64,000 bases of DNA from Escherichia phage EPFV3-03/2025. Position 1 is the stretch's first letter. Every line of letters begins with the position of its first letter. This document shows positions 28,760 through 38,505 of this stretch, piece after piece. The notes beneath the pieces are model-generated. The model was not told where the DNA came from, made no database searches, and was given only the letters and a program-made list of their open reading frames with translations. The translations under genes were made by a program, and so were the position numbers. The stretch is from sequence record PV435126.1, one strand, 5' to 3'.

Positions 28760-29218
28760 TTAGAAGTTTGTTTTTACACGTCCCTTTTCATCTACTTCGT
28801 TGTTAGCTAAAAGCGTTACAAAGTCTGTAAAACGAACATGAAGAACTCTTTTCTTATCCAGGTATCCTAAAGCCACACCTGAGAAATTTACCATCAAAGG
28901 TGCTAAAGAAGCTCTAGCACTGAAATGCTGCTGTTCCACTCTTCCAACACCCTTAGTATAAGAAGGGTTGAGATTGTAAGTTCTGAATCCAAGTTTTGTT
29001 GGGGCTTTAGAATTAAAAACAACTTTATAACGTTTCTTACTCAACTTATGTTCCAGAATAAGCATACCCTTTTCACCACGGATAAGCTGAAAATCTGTAA
29101 AATGCTCTTTTAAGACAAAAGGTAGTGCCAGCCCCATAGCCTGTCCCCTTTGCACGGCTGTTTCACCAAAAGCCTTTGCATCAGTAAGCTCTTTAGTCAA
29201 GTCTATACTTTTGATCAT
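28760..29218 (-). CDS. hypothetical protein
   Basis: 152-aa ORF. Confidence 0.5.
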   Translation of the reverse strand: MIKSIDLTKELTDAKAFGETAVQRGQAMGLALPFVLKEHFTDFQLIRGEKGMLILEHKLSKKRYKVVFNSKAPTKLGFRTYNLNPSYTKGVGRVEQQHFSARASLAPLMVNFSGVALGYLDKKRVLHVRFTDFVTLLANNEVDEKGRVKTNF

Positions 29219-29999
29219 ACCTGGTCTCCAAAATGTATTGTAGTTCTTTCTTGCCTATACTCTTCATTCCAGCAGTCTTACCTGCTTCTTCTTGAAAAGA
29301 AGAATAGCATTCAGCAAACACTCTGTCAACACCCTCAACTAAAGATTTTATGAAATATGTTGATTCTTCAGATTTTGGGTCATCATCTCCCAATACTTTT
29401 CCAGCATTATACCCAACACGTCTTATGCAGAAGTCGTAGTCATCCGGTGTGCTAAAAGAAAATAGCTTATTCTCTCCAATCTCTACAGGATCCCTATTGC
29501 ACACCTTTTTCTCCCAAATTTGGAAAACACATGGCACGTCATAAGGTTTGTCGTTAAGTAAAAACGAGTTCTTGGGGCACCTTTCGCTGTAGATAAGGTG
29601 CATTGACATGTCCAACTTGTTTGCAAAAAATATTTTTTCAAATGTCCGTGGCAAGATGAAGGCTATAGCCCCGCCAGGCTCTAGCAATGATGCACAGTGG
29701 TTAAAGAACTTGCAAGCTAAAGACGAATTTTTGCCGAATGGAGGATTACCTATGAAGACATCAGCCTTAGGGTACACCTCTAAGAAGTTTGCCTTAATAC
29801 ACGGTGTTGGGCCTTCAAATTCAGGATCTGGTACCAAATCGTACGACAGTATCTCTGAAAATAGTTTTGAAAAAGAACCCTTTCCAGCAGAAGGCTCAAC
29901 GTATGCACAATTCCCATACCTAGCTTTTACTTTACCAACAAGATATTCTGCATACTCAGGGTCTGTGTAATATTTGTCGTTGGACTCTTTCTTGCTCAA
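29193..29999 (-). CDS. DNA methyltransferase (NPPF motif)
   Basis: 268 aa containing VFIGNPPFGK, amino-methyltransferase motif IV. Confidence 0.65.
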   Translation of the reverse strand: MSKKESNDKYYTDPEYAEYLVGKVKARYGNCAYVEPSAGKGSFSKLFSEILSYDLVPDPEFEGPTPCIKANFLEVYPKADVFIGNPPFGKNSSLACKFFNHCASLLEPGGAIAFILPRTFEKIFFANKLDMSMHLIYSERCPKNSFLLNDKPYDVPCVFQIWEKKVCNRDPVEIGENKLFSFSTPDDYDFCIRRVGYNAGKVLGDDDPKSEESTYFIKSLVEGVDRVFAECYSSFQEEAGKTAGMKSIGKKELQYILETRYDQKYRLD

Positions 30000-30045
30000 G
30001 GTGCCTCCAAAATGAAAAGGGGAGGCGCAAGCCTCCCTCTACTTG

Positions 30046-31029
30046 TCAGATTATCTGAATCAGGGTGTTTTTCATCTCTTCTCGGGTACGGATGTTGTTA
30101 CGATCACGAACAACAGATCCACAACCTTCGCAGCGGTAGGTTTTAAATGCACTCAGTTGAGTATACGCCAAAGCCTCTTCCTCGTGAAGGTGTTCTCCAC
30201 CACAACGTGGGCAACGAACTTTTGACTCCTCATCTTGGTAGTACAACGACATGTTGGGGTGCTGCTTAGCAAACGGACGCGCCAGCAAATACAGACCTTC
30301 CAGAGACAAGATGTCCCCAACATTATACTCCCGCATCTGTTTAAACGCCTCAAGATCACCATGAACACACTTGATCCACATTTCAAATGTGTGGTCAATT
30401 AGTTTCTGTCGGGCCAGCTGGAAGTATTTACATGCATACTCTAACGTGTTTGCATTCAAACGGAATGCCTTTTTAATCATCTTGAGGGTGTCAACCTCTT
30501 TGTATGGGCTTGTTGGCGGCAAACCGTGAAATGCAAATCGTTGGTTGGCCCACCCACAGTCAAAACCAGAGTTGTGTGCTACTGCGACATCACATTTATC
30601 CAGATAATACCACAAATCTTGAATCAGCTCAAGATCGTTGTGGATATCCTCGCCCCACATTTTGTAATCAGGAAGAGCACAGTCAACCACACTGGGGCTG
30701 TCTAACCATTTACCTGCGAAAGTTAGCATATAGGGCATAATTTCAATACCGCAGGTTTGAATGTTGGTCTTATAATGCCCAAAGAACCAGCCGTTTGTTG
30801 GGGATGTCTCTGTATCATACACCCAAACTTTAGCACCTTTGTGTTCTTCAAGGAAGCGCTCCGTTGCCTCTCCTACAATCTCTGACATATTCTCTTGTGC
30901 ACGTTTAAGCTGTAGCCGGATCCAGCTCTCACGTGACTCACGACCTAGAAATTCACGAGCAATTTGTCTATTGGTGTATCCTTGTTGCTTTAGTGTTAAA
31001 ATTTGCTCAAGAGTTAACTTTGTCATCAT
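30046..31029 (-). CDS. DEDD-type 3'-5' exonuclease with N-terminal HTH and C-terminal zinc ribbon
   Basis: 327 aa; exo motifs VYDTETS, AHNSGFD, YNVGDI; N-terminal LEQILTLKQQGYTNRQIA; C-terminal CPRCGG..CEGCG. Confidence 0.6.
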   Translation of the reverse strand: MMTKLTLEQILTLKQQGYTNRQIAREFLGRESRESWIRLQLKRAQENMSEIVGEATERFLEEHKGAKVWVYDTETSPTNGWFFGHYKTNIQTCGIEIMPYMLTFAGKWLDSPSVVDCALPDYKMWGEDIHNDLELIQDLWYYLDKCDVAVAHNSGFDCGWANQRFAFHGLPPTSPYKEVDTLKMIKKAFRLNANTLEYACKYFQLARQKLIDHTFEMWIKCVHGDLEAFKQMREYNVGDILSLEGLYLLARPFAKQHPNMSLYYQDEESKVRCPRCGGEHLHEEEALAYTQLSAFKTYRCEGCGSVVRDRNNIRTREEMKNTLIQII

Positions 31030-31041
31030 CGTTAAGATTCC

Positions 31042-31263
31042 TTAGTAAAACTGAAGAATGTCTTTTAAAGCGAAGTCACGATATTCGCCCTTGTCTACAT
31101 CAAATGCATGCATCAACCACTGCTCTTCTTTATGATACTCTGTAGATCCAAACCATAAACTAGGCTCAGTAACGCAGCGATCTGCAACAACACCTTTCCA
31201 GTTACGGTATTTCATTCTGATCAGAACTGAATCGCAAGGATTGAATACCTTTTTCATCCCCAT
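31042..31263 (-). CDS. hypothetical protein
   Basis: 73-aa ORF. Confidence 0.4.
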   Translation of the reverse strand: MGMKKVFNPCDSVLIRMKYRNWKGVVADRCVTEPSLWFGSTEYHKEEQWLMHAFDVDKGEYRDFALKDILQFY

Positions 31264-31807
31264 AGAAATCTCTCTCCTCAGTTTTCTTTATAAACTCCTG
31301 CATGTATGCCTCAATAGCCTCATGCTTGGTGTACTCTGAATTAATGACAAGATCGAGATCCGATTCTGCCCGTGCAATAATCGTAGCCTTAGAGCATCTC
31401 CTCAAGAACTTTGTCATATCATCTCTGTAGTTTTTGTGGAGCGGGAAGTCGCTGTAGTCTTTCTCCAGATAGTCAGCCATCCGGCGCAACGCCTCTGATA
31501 AACTGCAATCTGTATACTCGTTACAGTATTTCATCCAGTATTTAAGCACATACCCCTCAAAGGTATTAGTGCATTGGGACAAAACACCTCTACAACGACC
31601 AGTCAGATGATCATGATCTAAACAAGGCTTACGAAGTGGTTCGCACAAGATCGGATCAAGACCATCCTGCTCTTCTGACAATTCTTTCCGAAAGTTGGCT
31701 ATGTCCTTAGAATCTTTTAGCCACCCTCTATTAACGGGGGCTTTGACAGCTTTCTTTCTTATTTTACGCTTTGCGATAATCCCTCCAGATGCGCCCTGCC
31801 TATCCAA
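31202..31807 (-). CDS. endonuclease VII-like junction-resolving enzyme
   Basis: CEPLRKPCLDHDHLTGRCRGVLSQCTN matches the T4 gp49 zinc/HLDHDH core; start uncertain because the ORF overlaps both neighbours. Confidence 0.7.
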   Translation of the reverse strand: MDRQGASGGIIAKRKIRKKAVKAPVNRGWLKDSKDIANFRKELSEEQDGLDPILCEPLRKPCLDHDHLTGRCRGVLSQCTNTFEGYVLKYWMKYCNEYTDCSLSEALRRMADYLEKDYSDFPLHKNYRDDMTKFLRRCSKATIIARAESDLDLVINSEYTKHEAIEAYMQEFIKKTEERDFYGDEKGIQSLRFSSDQNEIP

Positions 31808-32388
31808 TAAGCATCTGCGAGATCGGCCTTACCTTGTACCAAATTGATCCCATCTAGGAACCCAGGTTCAGATACTTCACAGGCCTTAACCATCAACTTT
31901 TTATCCATCGTAACAGGCTTCTTCACAGTATGCTCTTTACCCGTCCTTTTGTCAAGCTTTTTCTTCTCCTCAAAAGCAAGTTCTTCAGGAAGATGACTAC
32001 GAGCAAACTTTTTGGCAGTTGTTGGTGTCACTGTGTGGACCTTAAACAGGCCGTCATTTTCACAATCAGCTAAGGCATCCCAAAGCATAACTTCAAGACC
32101 GTAAAACAACCCAGCCAGTTCACGTGTGGCATCCCCGCGTGATCCAAAGGAAAGCCCTTCCATAACTACGGTGTCAACGCCGTGCGTGTGGATATAATAT
32201 CTGACCTGTTTGCAGATCCAGTCAATACGCTCAGCAGCTGTTGCAAAAGAAACCGTCCCTGGTTTCTTCTCTTTTGCAGATGAGCTTTGAGTTCGTAACA
32301 CAACCTTATGAACAGGCTTTCCATCGTCCCATACAACGCAAGCTGTGTGTGTCAACGACTGGTCTATGGATAATAGACGCTCTCTCAT
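31759..32388 (-). CDS. RuvC-like Holliday junction resolvase
   Basis: 209 aa; LSIDQSLTHTA, VVMEGLSFGSRGD and KADLADAYWIG resemble RNase H-fold resolvase catalytic motifs. Confidence 0.55.
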   Translation of the reverse strand: MRERLLSIDQSLTHTACVVWDDGKPVHKVVLRTQSSSAKEKKPGTVSFATAAERIDWICKQVRYYIHTHGVDTVVMEGLSFGSRGDATRELAGLFYGLEVMLWDALADCENDGLFKVHTVTPTTAKKFARSHLPEELAFEEKKKLDKRTGKEHTVKKPVTMDKKLMVKACEVSEPGFLDGINLVQGKADLADAYWIGRAHLEGLSQSVK

Positions 32389-32720
32389 GCTTCCTCATCC
32401 TCCTCTCCTTCATCAGGAGCATAAGCCTTATCTTTGAACAAGACGAGAGAGCAAAGCTTAACATCTGTTTCCACACTGGTGAACATGCATAACCGCTCGC
32501 CCTCAATCAGCTCACAATCCTCTTTTAAAACAGCAGACCATACACGGTCATCTGCGTAATCATCAGTGTACAGGATGTATGAAATGGTGTCATCTTCATA
32601 CAACCGCCACATACCTGTGGCAACAACGAATGTGTTTTTTGTTTTAAGTGTCCCTGTTGTATGATCATCCTCAAAAACAGCTTCCATAATTGCGTTATCT
32701 ACAGCATTTTTAGTCATCAA
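32385..32720 (-). CDS. hypothetical protein
   Basis: 111-aa ORF. Confidence 0.45.
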   Translation of the reverse strand: MMTKNAVDNAIMEAVFEDDHTTGTLKTKNTFVVATGMWRLYEDDTISYILYTDDYADDRVWSAVLKEDCELIEGERLCMFTSVETDVKLCSLVLFKDKAYAPDEGEEDEEA

Positions 32721-33856
32721 ATTGCTCCAACATTTCTAAGAACGTTAACAAGTTTTGTTTGATCATTGAATGTTCGCTTCATATACAAACAGTCAAAAAT
32801 TATACTCATCCATTGACCTACGGAAATTCTGCGATCAATACCATTGAAGTCAGTATACTTAACAACACCTTTCGGGAACCACTTCTTGTACTGATCAATA
32901 ATAGCCACCCACATCTCCTTTGGAGTGCTGCACTGAGACAGTAGGTAGAATGCTGAGGCATCCCCGAACTTACCCTTACCGATAAGTCCTTGATACGGCT
33001 TGATATTGTCAGCAGAGTCACCACACAGCATTTGGTATCCGAAGAACAGCATCCCGTAACCACCAACCTCTCCATTAGGCTTCATGAAGATGTTCCCCAT
33101 ACCGTTATCGATCAGCATAGGGGTTTCCCTTACAAAATCTCCCTTATCGTTTCGCATGGGATCGAACACAAGCCCCGGTAGTGTTCTTTGGTCCTTATCA
33201 ATAGAGATAATAAACTTGTTGAACTTACCCGTTTTTTGGTAGTGGTTCCAACCTTCAAATTGCTGGATAGCTAACCAGTCGTCAGCCTCGATACCGTTGA
33301 TCACTTGAGCATTATACTGCTTTTGGAGATACTGTCTTGCATCTCCAAGCAGCAGTGGTCGAAGAGTATTGTTACGGTTGGCTTTATATCTTTCCGGCAT
33401 GGGAAGATCTAGTCTGAAATTACCTGTGCCTCCAAGTACCCCCACGCACCGATCTTCCGGAATACCGAGATAATTAAGGACTGCATTAGCTTTACACTTA
33501 ATTGTGTGCAAGCAGTTCTCTACAGGATCAGGGGTTTGGATATCCAAGACATCGAAATCTTCTCGTGTCCACGGAATAAACTCCTTGCCAGCCTTTTTAC
33601 ATGCAGCTTCACGGTTGGTATTCTCAGCTTTTAACCAACCACCAACGGTGTTCTTCTGCCGCCCCCAGAACTCTGTTCGTGTTTTAAACATCTTCTTACG
33701 TCCGGAGGCTTTGTGTGTTACCTCAATTGTCCTTTTTTCACAACTTGCTGCAGCTTGATATGCAACCTGATCGAAGTCATAATAAACTATAGCGTCAGGT
33801 TCAAGAAGATCAGCCAGACAATCTATGGACTCAATAAGTGGATATTCTCTACTCAA
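32717..33856 (-). CDS. 5'-3' exonuclease / flap endonuclease (T4 RNase H-like)
   Basis: 379 aa; VYYDFDQVAYQAAAS parallels T4 RNase H CLIDFSQIALSTA; GDSADNI matches the FEN GDxxDNI motif. Confidence 0.75.
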   Translation of the reverse strand: MSREYPLIESIDCLADLLEPDAIVYYDFDQVAYQAAASCEKRTIEVTHKASGRKKMFKTRTEFWGRQKNTVGGWLKAENTNREAACKKAGKEFIPWTREDFDVLDIQTPDPVENCLHTIKCKANAVLNYLGIPEDRCVGVLGGTGNFRLDLPMPERYKANRNNTLRPLLLGDARQYLQKQYNAQVINGIEADDWLAIQQFEGWNHYQKTGKFNKFIISIDKDQRTLPGLVFDPMRNDKGDFVRETPMLIDNGMGNIFMKPNGEVGGYGMLFFGYQMLCGDSADNIKPYQGLIGKGKFGDASAFYLLSQCSTPKEMWVAIIDQYKKWFPKGVVKYTDFNGIDRRISVGQWMSIIFDCLYMKRTFNDQTKLVNVLRNVGAI

Positions 33857-34157
33857 AGACCCTCCTGTTAGTTATTCTGCAAGATGGTTGGATGCTGTAA
33901 TGGAATGCATCATCACTCTCTGCAATAAGTGACTCAACATCCCAATACTTTTCAAAAAGGAACGGATTAGACCCCCAGTGGTGGGTTATTTTCATCAAGG
34001 AGTCTGGTATCATATAACCACAGATCTTAATTACATCGCCAGGTTGAATTGTGTTTTCATGAAGGTTGCTTGCCTTCTTCAGAATCATACCTTTATGATT
34101 CTCGTTTGCATACAACTGGACAATATCTTTATCTTCAACAATAAAAATTTTAAGCAT
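33849..34157 (-). CDS. hypothetical protein
   Basis: 102-aa ORF. Confidence 0.45.
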   Translation of the reverse strand: MLKIFIVEDKDIVQLYANENHKGMILKKASNLHENTIQPGDVIKICGYMIPDSLMKITHHWGSNPFLFEKYWDVESLIAESDDAFHYSIQPSCRITNRRVFE

Positions 34158-34216
34158 ATCTAGTTCTCCTAGTTTATAGATATCTGACCGATAATATCAG
34201 ATTAATAACACTTTTG

Positions 34217-34510
34217 TCAAGACTTTTTAGTCTTTCTTGGAGAGCTTTTTGTTGATCTTTTCCTTTTGTGGTAGATTCCAAGTGCAGCGTTTTCTTGGGC
34301 GCACGTTTTAACAGTTCTCAGACAAGAACTTTCAGCTTTAGGCAGGTTTAACTCCCACCAACCAAGCCAGTAAAGTTCTGATTCAGACAACTGCTCAGAT
34401 TCAGCCTTACGATACAAGGCTTGCATACCTCTGATGATATCGTCCAGAGGTGTATCGAATACAAAAGCTGTCTTATCGAATTTCTCTTTTACAGGTTTCT
34501 TAGCCATCAA
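34217..34510 (-). CDS. hypothetical protein
   Basis: 97-aa ORF with basic C-terminus. Confidence 0.45.
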   Translation of the reverse strand: MMAKKPVKEKFDKTAFVFDTPLDDIIRGMQALYRKAESEQLSESELYWLGWWELNLPKAESSCLRTVKTCAQENAALGIYHKRKRSTKSSPRKTKKS

Positions 34511-34964
34511 GGTAACCCTCTATCCACGAAAAGTCAGTCTTCCATTCTGGAACTTTACTAAGCTCGCGCCACTCTGCAAAGCAGTCTCGGTAATACGCCT
34601 CTGCCATACCTCTGGTGATCTTATTCACCTTAGCCAACTGATTAACTGCCTGAGCATACTTTCCACGGATATTTGCTAACCCAGGATGCACCGATGTGTG
34701 ACAATCTGGGCACAACGCTATCAGTCCGACAAGCCGGATCACTCCCTCTTCGAAAGTGTAAAGTTCATGACACTCCACTGGGTGTTTGCTGCCTTTACCG
34801 CCGCACACCTCACAAGTGTAGTTGGCTTCTCTATAGCACTTCTTGCGGATCTTATCCCACTCACTCTTCTTCACAGCGTTTCGGAGGTTATTATACCAAG
34901 CTGTTTCTGGGATCAGTTGTACGATAAGCCTGCGTTCAGACTTCATTAAACGTCCGTCTTCCAC
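34500..34964 (-). CDS. HNH-like zinc-finger nuclease
   Basis: 154 aa; CEVCGG..HPVECHE..CPDCH. Confidence 0.5.
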   Translation of the reverse strand: MEDGRLMKSERRLIVQLIPETAWYNNLRNAVKKSEWDKIRKKCYREANYTCEVCGGKGSKHPVECHELYTFEEGVIRLVGLIALCPDCHTSVHPGLANIRGKYAQAVNQLAKVNKITRGMAEAYYRDCFAEWRELSKVPEWKTDFSWIEGYLDG

Positions 34965-34973
34965 GTATCCTCC

Positions 34974-35180
34974 TCATTCAAAGAAATGGGTGCGAGGGCA
35001 GGAACCTGCCTCACCTTGTTTCACAAGCTCATATAGCTCACCTTGGCTTGTCTCATAAAGGCAAATACGTTTACCATTGTCCCGATATACATCCACAAGA
35101 TACGCTGTTTCACCTGCAAACACGACACCACAGACAAGGCATGCTGCCATGAACAAAATTGCCAACAGAAAATCTTTCAT
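34974..35180 (-). CDS. small secreted or lipoprotein-like protein
   Basis: 68 aa; N-terminal signal-like LLAILFMAACLVCGVVFA; immediately downstream of the endolysin gene. Confidence 0.45.
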   Translation of the reverse strand: MKDFLLAILFMAACLVCGVVFAGETAYLVDVYRDNGKRICLYETSQGELYELVKQGEAGSCPRTHFFE

Positions 35181-35243
35181 GGTTAAACCCTCCTGAACAT
35201 TCTATGAGGCAACAATACCACGTCCGTGTGGTTATGTCAATGA

Positions 35244-35714
35244 TTAATCCAGGACAACGCCGCCTGACTTTTTGAACACCTCGATCAACTTTTCAATCTT
35301 CTGTTCGTGCTGACCGTACCCTGCACCTGGAAGGCTTGCCCATCGGGATCGGCAAAGATGGATGGCCTGGTGAATACGACCTTCATCAATATCATCGAGC
35401 GCCTTACACTCACGGATCAGTTGCAACGCAATCTTGTCCTGACTGGTAGGGCCAAAATCTGGTAATCCTAACTGCTCCATATAGTGTTTAGCAAACTTCT
35501 CCAAAATCTGGTAACGCCCAGCAGCAGAGGAGGTAAGTTTAGCATTTAACTTAACGTAAACACCTGGATGCTTACTGTAATCGCTAAACAGCTTGCCACC
35601 GACTATGACATCATAGCCCCGATCCTTGGTAGGTTGTCTACCGTTATCTGTACCTTCTGAATATGCGATCATATCCAAGAAAGCTTTTCGTTGAACATTT
35701 TTATCAAGTTTCAT
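35244..35714 (-). CDS. endolysin (lambda R-like lytic transglycosylase)
   Basis: 156 aa; QRKAFLDMIAYSEGTDNGRQ...YDVIVGG...AGRYQ...WASLPGAGYGQ closely parallels lambda R. Confidence 0.9.
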   Translation of the reverse strand: MKLDKNVQRKAFLDMIAYSEGTDNGRQPTKDRGYDVIVGGKLFSDYSKHPGVYVKLNAKLTSSAAGRYQILEKFAKHYMEQLGLPDFGPTSQDKIALQLIRECKALDDIDEGRIHQAIHLCRSRWASLPGAGYGQHEQKIEKLIEVFKKSGGVVLD

Positions 35715-35865
35715 TTTTCATACTCTCCAGTTCACTCATAACGAGCCCGATCAGCACCACTACATAGTGTGGCTATGTTGCACAGTGCATACATCAGAGC
35801 ATATGTAGGTGCCAATTGAAAACACTCATTCAATTGGCTACCGTTATCTACTAAACATACCTACA

Positions 35866-37149
35866 CTATTCCAGAACCTCCCAAGTGTCTGGATTAACAT
35901 TTCGGACGCAGATACCGACAGGGAATTGGTAGTTGTTGTCTTCTGTCCTTGCTTGATATTTAAAGGTGACAAACTTGCCGATCATTTCCTGCATCCTGCC
36001 ATAGCTACGCTCCTCGTGCGTGCCTTTCATCTTCATTTTAACAACGATGCCTTCCTTGTCAACGCAGATAAGAACACCCTCATCATTCTTATCTTTCTCA
36101 ACGTCAATAACTTTCACCTCTGCGTCGTTGAACTTTTTCCATTTCAATGCTTCAGATGTTCGCTGACCGTATTCGTATTTACCACAGAAGTTACGCATGA
36201 TAGTACCTTCATACCCTTCGGACATGAATACACCAACAGATTCTTCGCAATGATCAACTGTGTACGCAATCTCTGCGTCAACAACCCTGATATGGTCAAG
36301 CATCAGAGTGGTAATGGTATCTTCTGCATCCATAAGATCCTTGCAGCGTCCAGACTCTGTTTCTGGATCCCACCACACCTTGTCACTAGGGATATCAAAA
36401 ATGTGATACTCTAAGTCATAGCTACAGTACCCTCCGTAACGCAAATCATCACGAACAGGCTCAACATCAACAGGAATATCTACCTTATTGAAGTTTTTGT
36501 ATGTTGATAAGCCTGCCTTAATTGCGGCATGACGGCGTTTTTTATCTGCCTCGTAGTCTTTATCGATCTCGGCCTGAATCTCTTCCTGTGTGCGCCACCG
36601 TTTAGCAAGAGACACTATTTTCTGCAGAGGCAGACCATGAATATAGATCTCTCCGTCGAGCTGTTTAATCCCGGTGGTGAAGTGGAAAGAACGAAGTTGC
36701 TCCAGAAGCTTTCCTTGAATAGGGTAGGACTTATTACCACGGGAAATAAATTTAGGCTCCCCATTTTGGAAAACAACAAGTAGACGAAGGCCATCTAACT
36801 TACGCAAGATCCAGCAAGGTAATTTAAGTGCCTTTCCACGCTTCAGGTAGTCATGCACCAGCATGGGTAAAAGGTCAACGCCCTGCTCGCAATCTTCCAT
36901 ATTTTCAACATACCCCAGACGGACTTGTTTTTCCCACTTACTGATCGCTTCCAGCTCAGCCTGTTGCTCAGCTGTAGTTTCATTGGCACGACCCACGTTC
37001 TTAGGTGTGCAGATCGTCTCTTTGTATTGCAGTTTACCATCAAGCTTGCCAAACTCTACGATAACCTTATCACCATCCGTGAATACTTTCCACTGTTGGT
37101 AGCTGTCATCTTTGTTCAGTGCGTACAGTGTTGTTTTGATCTGATGCAT
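35866..37149 (-). CDS. ATP-dependent DNA ligase
   Basis: 427 aa; adenylation motif KLDGLR, EGTIMR and KWKKF-type downstream motifs. Confidence 0.75.
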   Translation of the reverse strand: MHQIKTTLYALNKDDSYQQWKVFTDGDKVIVEFGKLDGKLQYKETICTPKNVGRANETTAEQQAELEAISKWEKQVRLGYVENMEDCEQGVDLLPMLVHDYLKRGKALKLPCWILRKLDGLRLLVVFQNGEPKFISRGNKSYPIQGKLLEQLRSFHFTTGIKQLDGEIYIHGLPLQKIVSLAKRWRTQEEIQAEIDKDYEADKKRRHAAIKAGLSTYKNFNKVDIPVDVEPVRDDLRYGGYCSYDLEYHIFDIPSDKVWWDPETESGRCKDLMDAEDTITTLMLDHIRVVDAEIAYTVDHCEESVGVFMSEGYEGTIMRNFCGKYEYGQRTSEALKWKKFNDAEVKVIDVEKDKNDEGVLICVDKEGIVVKMKMKGTHEERSYGRMQEMIGKFVTFKYQARTEDNNYQFPVGICVRNVNPDTWEVLE

Positions 37150-37418
37150 TACTCAGCCTCTTCCTTAAAAATTTTAAACATCTCTTCTTTGCTCATTACC
37201 AACCAGTCTCCCATAAAGTCAACTAACCAATCCCCTTGGTACAAGACCAGGTTACCAAACGGCTCGACAAGCTCACACATGCGAAGAATATCTCTGGTTC
37301 GAACAGGTGACGATGTAAACACACCTGTATCAATCCACCGTTGCAGATCAGATACTGATGAAGAGCTTCCGTCAAACTGGTGTGCTTCTACAGGTTTAGC
37401 AAGATTAAATAACGGCAT
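37149..37418 (-). CDS. hypothetical protein
   Basis: 89-aa ORF. Confidence 0.45.
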   Translation of the reverse strand: MPLFNLAKPVEAHQFDGSSSSVSDLQRWIDTGVFTSSPVRTRDILRMCELVEPFGNLVLYQGDWLVDFMGDWLVMSKEEMFKIFKEEAE

Positions 37419-37713
37419 TGCAGTCCTCCTTCTCTAATAGGTCTTTTATCGGGTAAACAAGCAGGTGCGGATCGTAATAACTTATAGTCTTATTCTGCCA
37501 CACTATGAACTTAATTACAACTAAATTTACCACATCTTTATCCCCATGTAGTCCAACACACAAATTTGTCCATATTTTGTGGTTGAATACTTTGCTGTCG
37601 ATGTAGATCTTAGTGTCAAACTTATCCTCTATCCTACCTATAAGTTTAACCAATTCTTTCATCTGATCACCAAACACAGCATCGTTTTCAAGATCTCTAG
37701 AGTGCTTGTACAT
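37405..37713 (-). CDS. hypothetical protein
   Basis: 102-aa ORF. Confidence 0.45.
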   Translation of the reverse strand: MYKHSRDLENDAVFGDQMKELVKLIGRIEDKFDTKIYIDSKVFNHKIWTNLCVGLHGDKDVVNLVVIKFIVWQNKTISYYDPHLLVYPIKDLLEKEDCNAVI

Positions 37714-37777
37714 AACTTTCTACCTCACTTGCATACTTTCCGAAACAAGTAAAGCCGGGATCGCCCCGGCTATGTTA

Positions 37778-38491
37778 TTAAATATATTCTGTTACATCCT
37801 TGAAGCTCGAAGGCTTCATAATCTTACCTTTACTGTCGAGGAATATGATAACTTTATTTCCGTTGTAGAATTCTTCTTTAGCAACAAAACCTTCATAGCG
37901 ACCATCAAAGCGTCGCTCAAGATCTTTAATCTCCAACTCGATGAGTTGTTCAGCAGGCATATCTGCACTGGCACCGTGTGAATACCGCAGATGGTTGACG
38001 CGTGCAAACTTGCTGTCATTAGATTTTAGAACCTTCCGCATCATCCCGCACACATCACCGCGAAGCTGGAACAGCAAAGCTGTTGACAACTCTGCTAAGC
38101 GGTAAGCAGACGCTCTTTGCTTAGAGGTATTTTTCGCAGCGATCAGTGTATCATAAAATTCACCGATCTTAAACTTAAGACCTCGCGGATTATCAAACAG
38201 GTTTGACCACTTTTCATGGTTATCGTTAACAAGATAAGCGGCATAACTTGTGACAACGTGAAGATCGCAGGCCTCTTTTAGGAGATGATCCCCACCATCA
38301 CCTTTCTCCAACTCTTCCAAAACTTCATTGAACTCTTCCTCAATGAAACTCAGCTGAAGTTCGAATGGTGTGTATGATTTTTTCACTTTAGCTGCTACAC
38401 GGTTCCAATTTTCCACCCAGTTGGCAGACCAAAGGTAGTTTTCAGGCTGAGACAGTTTTTCCAGGTTGTCGATCAGTTTAGTATTCAGCAT
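37778..38491 (-). CDS. MazG-like nucleotide pyrophosphohydrolase domain protein
   Basis: 237 aa; EEEFNEVLEELEKGD...HLLKEACDLHVV resembles the MazG helical core; C-terminal domain unknown. Confidence 0.5.
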   Translation of the reverse strand: MLNTKLIDNLEKLSQPENYLWSANWVENWNRVAAKVKKSYTPFELQLSFIEEEFNEVLEELEKGDGGDHLLKEACDLHVVTSYAAYLVNDNHEKWSNLFDNPRGLKFKIGEFYDTLIAAKNTSKQRASAYRLAELSTALLFQLRGDVCGMMRKVLKSNDSKFARVNHLRYSHGASADMPAEQLIELEIKDLERRFDGRYEGFVAKEEFYNGNKVIIFLDSKGKIMKPSSFKDVTEYI

Positions 38492-38505
38492 TAAAAGGCC
38501 TCCGC

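Noticed and set aside
34974-35180. Small protein next to the endolysin considered as the holin
   Set aside because: It has a single N-terminal signal-like hydrophobic segment followed by a soluble domain and lies downstream of the endolysin rather than upstream; more consistent with a secreted or periplasmic protein.
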